Source: a virus
Taxonomy: Duplodnaviria; Caudoviricetes
Reading direction: 5' to 3' (one strand)
Virus record (IMG/VR): IMGVR_UViG_3300046833_000025
Coordinates: 1-36,905 of that record
Length of the DNA stretch: 36,905 nucleotides
Shown: positions 16,785 to 26,000 of the stretch, piece by piece
Layout: each line of letters starts with the position of its first letter
Position numbering within the stretch: the stretch's first letter is position 1
Position numbers and translations under genes: made by a program
Notes under the pieces: generated by a model
Told to the model about the DNA's origin: nothing
The model's input: the letters and a program-made list of their open reading frames with translations, nothing else
Database searches by the model: none

Positions 16785-17354
16785 ATGTCCACCATCACTG
16801 GTGCCACCGGCCAGGAGCCGGCACCGACCACAGGGCCCGACACCGGGTCCGACTCCACCGACAAGGCCACCACCCCGGCCCCCAGCGCCGGCGCCAAGCC
16901 CGGCACTGAGGACCAGGGCGAGGCGGACGACGGTGACCTGTCGCCTGATGACCTTCGCGCAGCACTGACCAAAGCGCGCAAGGAGGCCGCCCGCTACCGC
17001 ACGGAGCGCAATGAGCTGCGTCCGCTGGCGGAGAAGGCACGGCAGGTCGAGGAGGCCAACAAGACCGAGCTGGAGAAGGCACAGGAGAAGCTCGCCGCCC
17101 TGGAGGCGGAAGCGACCGAGGCCAAGCAGTCAGCTCTGCGCTCCCGTGTGGCGTCCGCCAAGGGCGTCCCCGAGTCCCTGCTGTCCGGCACGACCGAGGA
17201 GGAGCTCACGGCTGCGGCCGACGCTCTGCTCGAGTTCGCCGGCACCGCCAAGGAGCAGAGCAAGTCCAAGGGCGCCCCGTACGTCCCGTCTGTCGGACGC
17301 AGTTCCGGCGGGGACGACCGAGACTCCATGGCCCGCCAGATCCTCGGACTCTGA
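16785..17354 (+). CDS. Capsid scaffolding protein
   Basis: GGAGGAG RBS before ATG 16785; LTKARKEAARYR, EEANKTELEKAQE, GVPESLLSGTTEEELTAAADAL; precedes the capsid gene. Confidence 0.88.
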   Translation: MSTITGATGQEPAPTTGPDTGSDSTDKATTPAPSAGAKPGTEDQGEADDGDLSPDDLRAALTKARKEAARYRTERNELRPLAEKARQVEEANKTELEKAQEKLAALEAEATEAKQSALRSRVASAKGVPESLLSGTTEEELTAAADALLEFAGTAKEQSKSKGAPYVPSVGRSSGGDDRDSMARQILGL

Positions 17355-17406
17355 CACTGGATCCAGCCCGACCCTCAACAACCATCAACCCTGAAAGGAG
17401 CCAGAC

Positions 17407-18372
17407 ATGGCCACCTATACCCAGGAGACTCTCACCGGAGGCAGCGGCGGTTCCGCCCTCCTGCCCCGGTCCGTCTCCGACGAAATCTGGAAGTCCGCCC
17501 TCGCCACCTCGGTCGTCCCGTCGCTGGCGAAGGCCCACCCGATGATCATCGGCGAGAACATCATCCCGGTGCTCACCAAGCGCCCGTCCGCCTCCATCGT
17601 CGGCGAGCTTGGCAACAAGCCGGACTCCGAGCTGGAGGTCGGCGCGAAGTCCATCAAGCCGATCAAGGCCGTCGTCGGCCTCGAGTTCTCCATGGAGACC
17701 ATCGAGACCAACCCGGCGAACATCCTCGACCTCATGAGCGATGAGATGTCCCAGGCGCTGTCCCGCCAGATCGACCTGGCGGTACTCCACGGACGCCAGG
17801 CGGTCAATGGCGCAGCCCTCACCGGCGTGACCGAGTGGATCACCCAGACCGCTAACTCCGTCGAGCTCGTCGCCGGTTCCAACGGCCGCCCGGACCCCGC
17901 ACTGGCGGACTCCGCGCTGTGGGAAGGCTACAACTCCGTCGTCGGTGGTGCGACCCCGCACAACTTCACCGGCTTCGGCATGGACCCCCGCTTCGTCGCG
18001 TTGCTGGCCAACGCCCGCGACAAGGAGGGGCGCCGCCTTAACCCGGAGATCCCGATGGGCGGCGGCATCACCTCTTACGCCGGCCAGCCGGTCGCCGCGT
18101 CCCGAGCGATCTCCGGACAGATGGACGGCTCCGCCGACACCGGCATCCGCGCGATCGGCGGTGACTGGGACGCGCTGCGCTTCGGCCACGCCCTGGACAT
18201 CAGCCTCAAGCGCATCGAGTACGGCGACCCGTTCGGCAACGGTGACCTCCAGCGCCGCAACGCCGTCGCCTTCCTCACCGAGGTCATCTTCGGCTGGGCG
18301 ATCCTCGACAAGGACGCCTTCGTCACCTACACCGAGGCGGACGATGACGCGGGGGAAACCCCGGCCCCGTGA
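17407..18372 (+). CDS. Major capsid protein (HK97 fold)
   Basis: AAAGGAG RBS; LLPRSVSDEIW, IKPIKAVV, IDLAVLHG, IGGDW, DLQRRNAVAFLTEVIFGWAILDKDAF. Confidence 0.95.
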   Translation: MATYTQETLTGGSGGSALLPRSVSDEIWKSALATSVVPSLAKAHPMIIGENIIPVLTKRPSASIVGELGNKPDSELEVGAKSIKPIKAVVGLEFSMETIETNPANILDLMSDEMSQALSRQIDLAVLHGRQAVNGAALTGVTEWITQTANSVELVAGSNGRPDPALADSALWEGYNSVVGGATPHNFTGFGMDPRFVALLANARDKEGRRLNPEIPMGGGITSYAGQPVAASRAISGQMDGSADTGIRAIGGDWDALRFGHALDISLKRIEYGDPFGNGDLQRRNAVAFLTEVIFGWAILDKDAFVTYTEADDDAGETPAP

Positions 18373-18404
18373 CCGGGCTGAGGCCCCGAGCGGGCCTCCA
18401 CCCG
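18350..18404 (+). repeat. 55-bp direct repeat copy 1 with GGGGGAAA slippery site
   Basis: Identical to 20573-20627. The -1 frame reads GNPGPVTGLRPRAGLHPAKGLHPRKAKK, stop 18438-18440. Confidence 0.9.
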
Positions 18405-18450
18405 GCGAAGGGGCTGCACCCGCGCAAGGCCAAGAAGTAGGAGGTCGAGC

Positions 18451-18927
18451 ATGACCGCTGTGACCATCACGGTCGATGACCTCCGCGTATTCGACCCGGA
18501 CATCGACGAGGCGAAGGCAGAGATCCTGATCCGCGACGGGCTGGCCCTGGCGGCCAGGGTTGCGCCCTGCATCACCGACGACGGCTTCCAGTTCGTCGGT
18601 GCCGCAGAGGCGATCATCAGGGCAGCAGTGCTGCGCTGGGCGGAGTCAGGGGGAGGGTCAGTCACCCAGGAGCAGGTCACCGCCGGGCCGTTCTCGTTGA
18701 ACAACACGTTCAGCCCGACAGCTCGGCGCTCCCTGTTCTATCCCTCGGAGATCACCGAATTGCAGAAGCTCTGCAAGGCCAACGCCGGCGGCGCCTTCTC
18801 GATCGACACCGCGTTCATCCCGCGGTCGGTCGAGCACCGTCCGGAATGCTCCGTGCGGATGTCCTCACTCGTCGACGGACAGTCCGTCCGCTGCACCTGT
18901 GGTGCTGACGTCGGGGGTTCCTGGTGA
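18451..18927 (+). CDS. Head-to-tail adaptor
   Basis: AARVAPCI, IIRAAVLRW, TAGPFS, LFYPSEITELQKLC, GAFSIDT; follows the capsid gene. Confidence 0.8.
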   Translation: MTAVTITVDDLRVFDPDIDEAKAEILIRDGLALAARVAPCITDDGFQFVGAAEAIIRAAVLRWAESGGGSVTQEQVTAGPFSLNNTFSPTARRSLFYPSEITELQKLCKANAGGAFSIDTAFIPRSVEHRPECSVRMSSLVDGQSVRCTCGADVGGSW

Positions 18928-19274
18928 GCGTCTTCCCCGCCCGGTACAAGGTTCAGTTGAGCCGGTATGTCGAGACCGTCAACGACATGGGGGACCCGAC
19001 TGTGGGCCACCTCGAGCCAGTGGAGGTTCTCGTCGTCGGCTGGGCGGTCACCGGCGGGGTGGAGCGGGGCGAGGACGGGCATATCAACCAGGTCTCCTGG
19101 GATGTGTCCCTCTACGCCCCGGCCTCACTGCAGGTTGACGCCCAGGACCAGTTCATCGTCCCCGGCCTCGGCATGTTCGAGGTCGCCGGGTCACCGGCGA
19201 ACTGGGACAACGGCCCCTGGTGGAGTCCTGGAGTCTCCGAGATCCACCTGAGGAGGGTCGATGGGCAGAACTAA
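18924..19274 (+). CDS. Head-to-tail stopper
   Basis: DMGDP, FEVAGSP.NWDNGPW, LRRVDG; synteny. Confidence 0.75.
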   Translation: MSVFPARYKVQLSRYVETVNDMGDPTVGHLEPVEVLVVGWAVTGGVERGEDGHINQVSWDVSLYAPASLQVDAQDQFIVPGLGMFEVAGSPANWDNGPWWSPGVSEIHLRRVDGQN

Positions 19275-19509
19275 GCTCGTCTGGAACCAGAAGGCGTTCA
19301 GGGAACTCCGTCTTGACCAGGGAGTCGCTGCCGATATTGAGCGGCGAACCAGGGCGATCAAGGAGGCTGCGGGGGAGGGGTTCGAGATGGGTTCCAGCCC
19401 GGGCACTAACCGCTACCGCGGCAATGTTGTCACCGCCACTCACCGGGCGATGAAGGACCAGGCGAAGAACAACACCTTGCAGCGCGCTCTCGACGCAGGC
19501 AGGGGTTGA
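19261..19509 (+). CDS. Neck / tail-completion protein
   Basis: LVWNQKAFRELR...DQAKNNTLQRALDAGR; synteny. Confidence 0.7.
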   Translation: MGRTKLVWNQKAFRELRLDQGVAADIERRTRAIKEAAGEGFEMGSSPGTNRYRGNVVTATHRAMKDQAKNNTLQRALDAGRG

Positions 19510-19928
19510 GCCCAGTGACCGCACCTGATCCGGTGCCGGGCCCGACCCCGGCCCTGCCGAACGCCGAGCTCGTCGCCAAGGCGCTCCTCTCCGACGCCCT
19601 CAGCATCCCCGTCTACCAGACACCGCCCCGCACCCCACCGGAGCGGTACATCCGGGTGGCCCGCGCCGGCGGTGTCATGCGAAACCGCGTCACCGACGCG
19701 GCGACCATGGTCATCTCCTGCTACGCCACCGATCCGGCGGACGCCGCCGATCTTGCCAACCAGGCCCGAGCGGCTCTCGTAGCCGGCCGCGGACACCGCG
19801 CAGCCGGTGTCCTCGTGCGCTGGTGGGTGGAGATGGGCGGCCCCGCCTACTACCCGGACCCGGATCGCAACGACCGGGTCCGCTACCAGTTCACCGGCGA
19901 GCTCCGCCTCGCCGCGCACGTGAACTGA
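19506..19928 (+). CDS. Tail terminator protein
   Basis: PERYIRVARAGG, GGPAYYPDPD..RVRYQFT; precedes the tail tube gene. Confidence 0.75.
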   Translation: MSPVTAPDPVPGPTPALPNAELVAKALLSDALSIPVYQTPPRTPPERYIRVARAGGVMRNRVTDAATMVISCYATDPADAADLANQARAALVAGRGHRAAGVLVRWWVEMGGPAYYPDPDRNDRVRYQFTGELRLAAHVN

Positions 19929-19962
19929 CCACACATTCCGATCCCACGAAAGGGGAATCATC

Positions 19963-20595
19963 ATGGCACGTGGCACTACCGCCAACGTCCTCGCCGGTAT
20001 CCCGGACTCCGTCGGAGGCCTCTGGGTCTACCCGACGGGCCTGCTCACCGCCGACGCCCTCCCGACCGCCGACACTGACCTGGCCACTGCTGGCCTGGTC
20101 TCCGTCGGCTTCATCGGTGAGGACGGCGTCACCGAGACCGCCGAGCGCGACACCGAGAAGAAGAAGGCCTGGGGCGGTGACACGATCCGCGTCCTCCAGA
20201 ACGAGTACAACCAGACCTTCAGCTTCGTCCTCGCCGAGGCAGCGAACGCCGAGGTCCTCAAGCTGGTCTACGGCCCGGACAACGTCACCGTCGCCGCGGA
20301 CGGCTCGATCACCGTCATCCAGAACTCCAAGACCCTGCCGCACCGCACCTGGGTCATGGAGATCCTCGACGATGACGGCAAGAAGGTCCGCAAGGTCATC
20401 CCGGACGGCCAGATCTCCGAGATCTCCGATATCACCTGGGTCCACTCCGACATCGTCCAGTACGAGGTCACCATGGAGACCTTCATCGACGCTGCCGGCA
20501 ACAACGTCTACACCCACATCACCCCGGTCGCCGCTGCTGGCGGCACCGGCGGTGGAGATGACGGTGATGACTCGGGGGAAACCCCGGCCCCGTGA
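19963..20595 (+). CDS. Major tail (tube) protein
   Basis: VGFIGEDGV, KAWGGDTIR, VYGPDNVT, VIPDGQISEISDITWVHSDIVQYEVT. Confidence 0.92.
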   Translation: MARGTTANVLAGIPDSVGGLWVYPTGLLTADALPTADTDLATAGLVSVGFIGEDGVTETAERDTEKKKAWGGDTIRVLQNEYNQTFSFVLAEAANAEVLKLVYGPDNVTVAADGSITVIQNSKTLPHRTWVMEILDDDGKKVRKVIPDGQISEISDITWVHSDIVQYEVTMETFIDAAGNNVYTHITPVAAAGGTGGGDDGDDSGETPAP

Positions 20596-20627
20596 CCGGG
20601 CTGAGGCCCCGAGCGGGCCTCCACCCG
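20573..20627 (+). repeat. 55-bp direct repeat copy 2 with GGGGGAAA slippery site
   Basis: Identical to 18350-18404. The -1 frame reads GNPGPVTGLRPRAGLHPTVGLHPTKK, tandem stops 20655-20660. Confidence 0.9.
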
Positions 20628-20672
20628 ACCGTGGGGCTCCACCCGACCAAGAAGTAGTAGGGAGGTTCACTG

Positions 20673-22178
20673 ATGACGGAATCTCGTAGCGACATCATCG
20701 TCGCCTACGGCGACTCCCAGACCGAGGGGTTCAGCTGGGGCCATCGACTCCCGCTGCTGTCCTCCACGATCAAGGAGACGGTGAACCGCGGCCTCTCCGG
20801 TCAGGAGGCCGGCACCGTCGCGGTGAGGCAGGGAGGCATCGTCCTCTCGACAACCACCGCGGTGGAAATCACCAGTGCTGAACCGGTGATCGTCGGCCTG
20901 CAGGCGGACAGGACGCCCTGCAACATCCGGTCCTCCTCATCGACAATGCCGATGGAGCTGTCCGGGGAGCGAGGGACACTCACCATCCTCACGCAGGCGG
21001 ACACGCCGGAGGGCATGCCGGTCTCGTCCCGGAGCAATGGCACGTTCTGCGGGCACTTCGTCCCGGATACTGCCCCTGCCGGACCGGTGACGGTTGCGGC
21101 CGGTACCGAGTTCGTTTCCCAGGACGTCGTCGATCACCCGGAGTACGCCGAATGCACCCAGATCATCTGGGTCGGCGGCAACGACTCGGCGTTCGCCGGG
21201 GCAACCCGGGTCACCGGCGTCGTGTCCGCGGTCCAGGCCATGGTCGATCGACTGAAGGCGACTGTTGACCAGCCGCGGTTCCTCGTCGCGGCCCGCACCT
21301 CGGGCCCGTCGGAGGTCACCGGCACAGCTGGCCACACGACGGCGGTCGATCAGCATGCCGCGCTCGCCGCCGCATTCCCGGACAACACAATCGACATCCG
21401 GGGTCACATGATCGCCCACGGCATGCAGACCCTCGGGCTGACACCGACCGCTGACGATCAGACGGCTATCGACGGGGACACCGTGCCCCGCAGCCTGACC
21501 TCGGACGGACTGCACTACTCGACCCAAACCCGCGAGCAGGTGCTCGCGCCGTTCATCATCTCCGAGCTCGCGGCTCGGGGATGGGCCACCGAAACAGAAG
21601 GAGAGGTGATTCCTGTGGCCGAATACAGCCCCAACACGTGGGTCAACGACTCCGCCCCCGACCTGGAGGCGGACAACCTCAACAACATCGAGGCAGGCAT
21701 CCAGCAGGCACTCGAGGAAGTCAAGGCCGCGACGCAGGGTGTCGCGGACCTCCGGGAGAACAAGGCGGACGCCACGGCGCTCACTTCCGGTCTCGCGGGG
21801 AAACTCACTGCACTGCCGACCACGCAGAAGAACAAGATCTACGGCACCGGTATTAACGGTGAGTTCGCTACCTACAACTACGTGTCGTCCGGTGCTGACG
21901 CGAACAGTGTCGCGGCCAGGTCCTCGTCCGGCAACGTTGCTGTGGCCCTGGTGCCTTCCGCTGACATGCACGCCACGTCGAAGAAGTACGTGGACGATGG
22001 TCTCGCGAAGAAGGCGGACACGACCGCGATCCCGGACGTCTCCGGCCTGGCAGCGAAGGCCGACATCCCCGACGTGTCCGGTCTCGCGAAGACCACCGAC
22101 GTGCCGACGAAGGCCGACTTCGACGCACTCGCCGCCCGAGTCGCCGCACTCGAAACCCCGGCCGCGCCCGAGGCGTAG
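20673..22178 (+). CDS. SGNH/GDSL hydrolase fused to a fibre-like C-terminal region
   Basis: YGDSQT, NRGLSG, WVGGND and DGLHY catalytic blocks; then YSPNTWVN..DLEADNLNNIEAGI, HATSKKYVD and IPDVSGLA repeats. Confidence 0.8.
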   Translation: MTESRSDIIVAYGDSQTEGFSWGHRLPLLSSTIKETVNRGLSGQEAGTVAVRQGGIVLSTTTAVEITSAEPVIVGLQADRTPCNIRSSSSTMPMELSGERGTLTILTQADTPEGMPVSSRSNGTFCGHFVPDTAPAGPVTVAAGTEFVSQDVVDHPEYAECTQIIWVGGNDSAFAGATRVTGVVSAVQAMVDRLKATVDQPRFLVAARTSGPSEVTGTAGHTTAVDQHAALAAAFPDNTIDIRGHMIAHGMQTLGLTPTADDQTAIDGDTVPRSLTSDGLHYSTQTREQVLAPFIISELAARGWATETEGEVIPVAEYSPNTWVNDSAPDLEADNLNNIEAGIQQALEEVKAATQGVADLRENKADATALTSGLAGKLTALPTTQKNKIYGTGINGEFATYNYVSSGADANSVAARSSSGNVAVALVPSADMHATSKKYVDDGLAKKADTTAIPDVSGLAAKADIPDVSGLAKTTDVPTKADFDALAARVAALETPAAPEA

Positions 22179-22186
22179 CCGCACCC

Positions 22187-22222
22187 GGGCCCGAGGACTC
22201 TCGACGGGGTCACCTCGGGCCC
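22187..22222 (+). terminator. Hairpin upstream of the tail assembly chaperone gene
   Basis: GGGCCCGAGG/CCTCGGGCCC 10-bp stem. Confidence 0.5.
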
Positions 22223-22294
22223 CCTCTGCTTCACCCCTGACCCCGTCCCTACTTCCACCATCACCGCGGCGACCGCCGCAGACAGGACCCCGTC

Positions 22295-22615
22295 ATGCTC
22301 GAGAAGTTCCACTTCCACTCCGACGCCACCGGCGCCGACATCACCGTCCCCTGGCAGGAGGACTGCATCACCTACGGCTTCCTGGAGGACAACTCCGGAA
22401 GGTCCGAGCAGGAGATGACCACGGCCATGATCAAGGCCGCAACCGTCGACCGCGGCGACACCACCTCCCACGACCAGATCCGAGCCCTCCCACTCCGCGA
22501 GTTCCAGGAGTTCACCGAAGCCTGGGTCAACGGCGACCAGACTGTGGGGGTCGCCTCCCTGGGGGAATCCTCGGCCTCCACCGATGGCTCCGAGCAGACA
22601 CCGCCCACCGCCTAG
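22295..22615 (+). CDS. Tail assembly chaperone (G, short form)
   Basis: AGGA RBS; ends ...ASLGES; lies upstream of the tape measure gene. Confidence 0.85.
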   Translation: MLEKFHFHSDATGADITVPWQEDCITYGFLEDNSGRSEQEMTTAMIKAATVDRGDTTSHDQIRALPLREFQEFTEAWVNGDQTVGVASLGESSASTDGSEQTPPTA

Positions 22616-22974
22616 CCCTGGAGGCTGACCTGATCCGGGTCGGTCTCCGCCTGCGGTGGCTGGCCGACGGCACGGACCGCCTGAACTGGCGGGACATCTG
22701 GGTGATGGTCGACCAGGCTGACGAAAACTCAGCGGTGTACGCATCCCAGGTCGGCGACGAGGACCGCCTCTGGAACCCCGACCGTCAACTCATGGCATCC
22801 ATGGTCGACATGCTCACCTGGCAGGTCTGGTCGAAGTCAAAGGACGGGCAGAAGAACCGCAACCGGCCCAAGCCCATCCCACGACCCGGGGTCACCGAGC
22901 ACGAGAAGAAGACCATCGGCGGGAAGAAGTCCGCCACCTCCGCCGCCAACGTCGCAGCCCTCCTCGGCATGTGA
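22561..22974 (+). CDS. Tail assembly chaperone -1 frameshift extension (GT form)
   Basis: GGGGGAA at 22561-22567. The -1 frame gives ALEADLIRVGLRL...LNWRDIW...NRPKPIPRPG, typical of actinophage T segments. Confidence 0.85.
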   Translation, partial: GGILGLHRWLRADTAHRLALEADLIRVGLRLRWLADGTDRLNWRDIWVMVDQADENSAVYASQVGDEDRLWNPDRQLMASMVDMLTWQVWSKSKDGQKNRNRPKPIPRPGVTEHEKKTIGGKKSATSAANVAALLGM

Positions 22975-23017
22975 CGACCGGGGTGGCTTCCGCACCACCA
23001 CCCGAGAGGAGCCCGCC

Positions 23018-26000
23018 GTGGCCAACGAACTCGCAGTCGCCTACGTCTCCATCGTCCCTGAGACCAGCAAGATCGCGCCGGGCATCAAGCAGGCGTTCGG
23101 CGCGGCGGAGAAGACCGCCAGCACGTCCGGCCAGTCGATGGGATCGAAGCTGTCCGCCGGCATCGGCAAGACGCTCAAGGCAGGTGTCGTCGGCGCCGGT
23201 GTCGCCGCCGGCGCTGTCCTGGCCAAGACTCTCACCGCCGGGTTCAACCGCCTGGACGCCATCGACCAGGCCCGCGCGAAGCTGCAGACCATCACCGGGT
23301 CCGCCCAGCAGGTCGACGCCGCGATGGCGGACGTCACGGCCTCGGTGAAGGGCACCGCGTTCGCCACCTCGGATGCGGCGAACACCGCGGCTCTCGCCCT
23401 GGCGGCGGGAATCAAGCCGGGGGATGACCTGCAGCGCGTCCTCAAGGAGGTCGGAGACGCCGCAGCATTCACCGGAAAGGACTTCGGTGAGCTCAGCCCG
23501 ATCTTCACGGAGGCTGCTGAGCAGGGCAAGGTCACCGGCGAGACGCTGGCGCAGATGCGCGACAACGGCATTCCCGCGACCTCTGCGCTGGCCAAGCACC
23601 TCGGCAAGACTGCCGAAGAGGTCGCCGACATGGCGTCGAAGGGCGAGATCGACTTCAAGACCTTTCAGGACGCCATGGACGAGGCGATCGGCGGGCAGGC
23701 ACTGAAGTCCGGCCAGACGTTCTCCGGTGCGATGAAGAACGTCGACGCCGCTCTCGGTCGCGTCGGCGAGACCCTGCTCAAGGGAGCGTTCGCCAAGGCC
23801 CCCGAGATCATGGGGAAGATGACCGGCGTCATCGACGACGTCAACGCGAAGCTGCAGGCCAGCATCGACTACTTCTCCACCGGGACGCAGGACAATGACC
23901 TGTGGGCGAAGGCGTTCGGGGATCCGGCGCAGGCCCAGCAGGTCATGGACACCATCGACCAGGTGAAGGGCAAGATCCAGGAGTTCAAGGACGGCTTCGC
24001 CGGCACCGGTGACTCCTCGACCATGTTCGGCAACCTGGGGGAGTCCTTCGGCAAGCTGTGGGAGGCCGCGCAGCGACTCGCCCCGGCCTTCGGCGATATC
24101 GCCGGGGCACTGGGCCAGGCGGGAATGCAGGCGGGCTTCGCGGCCCTCACCGGCGTCCTCGCGGCCCTGGCCCCGATCATTGCCGACGTCATCACCCCGG
24201 CCCTGGAAACCCTCGGCGACGTGATGAAGGACAACCCTGCCCTCGTCACCGCCGTCGTCGGCGCATTCACCGGCTTCAAGACCCTCGGATTCGTCTCCGG
24301 GATGTTCACGAAGATCGGTGGTGGGGCGAAGACCGCGTCTGGGGCGTTCAAGTTCCTGTCCGGCGTCATCGGAGCGGGTAAGGGCGGCGGCATCGGCGGC
24401 GCTCTGGTGAAGATGATGGAGGGCGCGAAGTCTGCGAACCCTGTCATCGCGAAGCTCGGCACGACCGCAGCCGGGGTCGGTAAGAAGCTCGTTGCCCTCG
24501 GCAACGTGAAGCAGTCCTTCGGGAAGATCAGTGGCGCAGTGTCGAAGGTCGCCGGAGTGTTCAAGTCCGGCCTGGTGAAGGCTGTCGGCATGGCGTCGAA
24601 GGCGTTCAAGGCGTTCGGTGCCGTGATCATGGCCAACCCCATCGTCGCGATCATCGCGGCCATCGTCGCTGTCGTCGCGGCACTGGTCTGGTTCTTCACG
24701 AAGACGGAGCTGGGTAAGAAGATCTGGAAGTCGTTCATGGACTTCCTCGGCACGGCGTGGCAGTGGATTAAGGACACTGCTGTGTCCGTCTGGACCAGCG
24801 TCGCCGACTTCTTCACTGGCCTGTGGGACGGGATCAAGACCACCGCCGAGAACGTGTGGAACGGCATCAAGGACTTTTTCTCGGGCCTGTGGGACGGCAT
24901 CAAGAATGTCTTCACCGTCGCGTGGACTGCCATCAAGGACTACTTCACCACCGCGTGGGAGAACTTCAAGACGAACGTCGAGACCGTCTGGAACGGGATC
25001 AAGACGTTCTACTCCCTGCTGTGGGAGGGAATCAAGCTCGTCTTCACGACGGCCTGGACGATGATCTCCACCTTCTTCACCACCGCGTGGGCGATCTTCA
25101 CCTTGCTGGTGCAGACCGTGTGGAACACGATCGTCCTGATCTTCCAGACCGTGTGGAACACGATCGTCCTGGTCGTCACGACCGTCTGGAACTCCATCGC
25201 CGCGTTCTTCTCCGCAGCCTGGGCTGTGTTCACCGGTGTGGTCTCTGCAGTGTGGAACGGGATCGTCTCGATCTTCACCGCGGTGTGGAACTGGATCAGA
25301 AACATCATCACGAGCGTCTGGTCCGCGATATCCGGGTGGGTGTCCGGCCAGTGGGCCGCGTTCACCGGACTGGTGTCCTCGGTCTGGAACGGCATCAAGA
25401 ACACGATCAGCAACGTCTGGAACTCGATCAAGTCCGGAATCTCCAGCGCAGTATCCGCGATCGGGCAGAAGCTCGGCGAGTGGGTCTCCACCGCCAAGCA
25501 GAAGGCCACGGAGTTCATCAACAAGGTCCAGGAAATCCCCGGCAAGGTAAAGGACGCCTTCGCCAACGCGGGCCAGTGGCTCTACAACGCCGGCCGCGAT
25601 GTCGTCCAGGGCCTCCTCGACGGAATCGGCTCCCTCATCGGATCCGTCGGCAGCTTCATCAGCGACCATCTCCCCTTCAACATCGGCGGCATCGTCGAGG
25701 GATGGATCTCCGCCGACGGCTCAGTCGCCTACGCACGAGGAGGCGTCGAGCACAATGCCGGTGGTTCAGTCCGCGGACGCCGCGAGAAGCACGTCGCACA
25801 GATCGCCGCTGGCGCTGGCCCTGTCCGAATCTGGGCGGAGCCGGAGACCGGCGGCGAAGCCTACATTCCGCTCGCCCGCTCCAAGCGCCGGCGGTCCTCG
25901 GCGATCCTCGCGAAAACCGCGGAGATCATGGGATACACCGTCCTCGGCACCGACGGACAGCCCATCACCTCGACCATCCCCGGCGGCGACGGGCCGCAGA

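Noticed and set aside
18350-20627. 55-bp repeat pair as a diversity-generating retroelement TR/VR or a CRISPR repeat
   Set aside because: No reverse transcriptase or cas gene is present, there are only two copies 2.2 kb apart, and there is no adenine-specific variation.
17945-20689. +1 frame ORFs ending GKPRPRDRAEAPSGPPP after the capsid and tail genes
   Set aside because: They diverge and stop at unrelated points after the identical block. The -1 frame keeps GLHP repeats, a synonymous change and a shared stop, and matches the chaperone slippery site.
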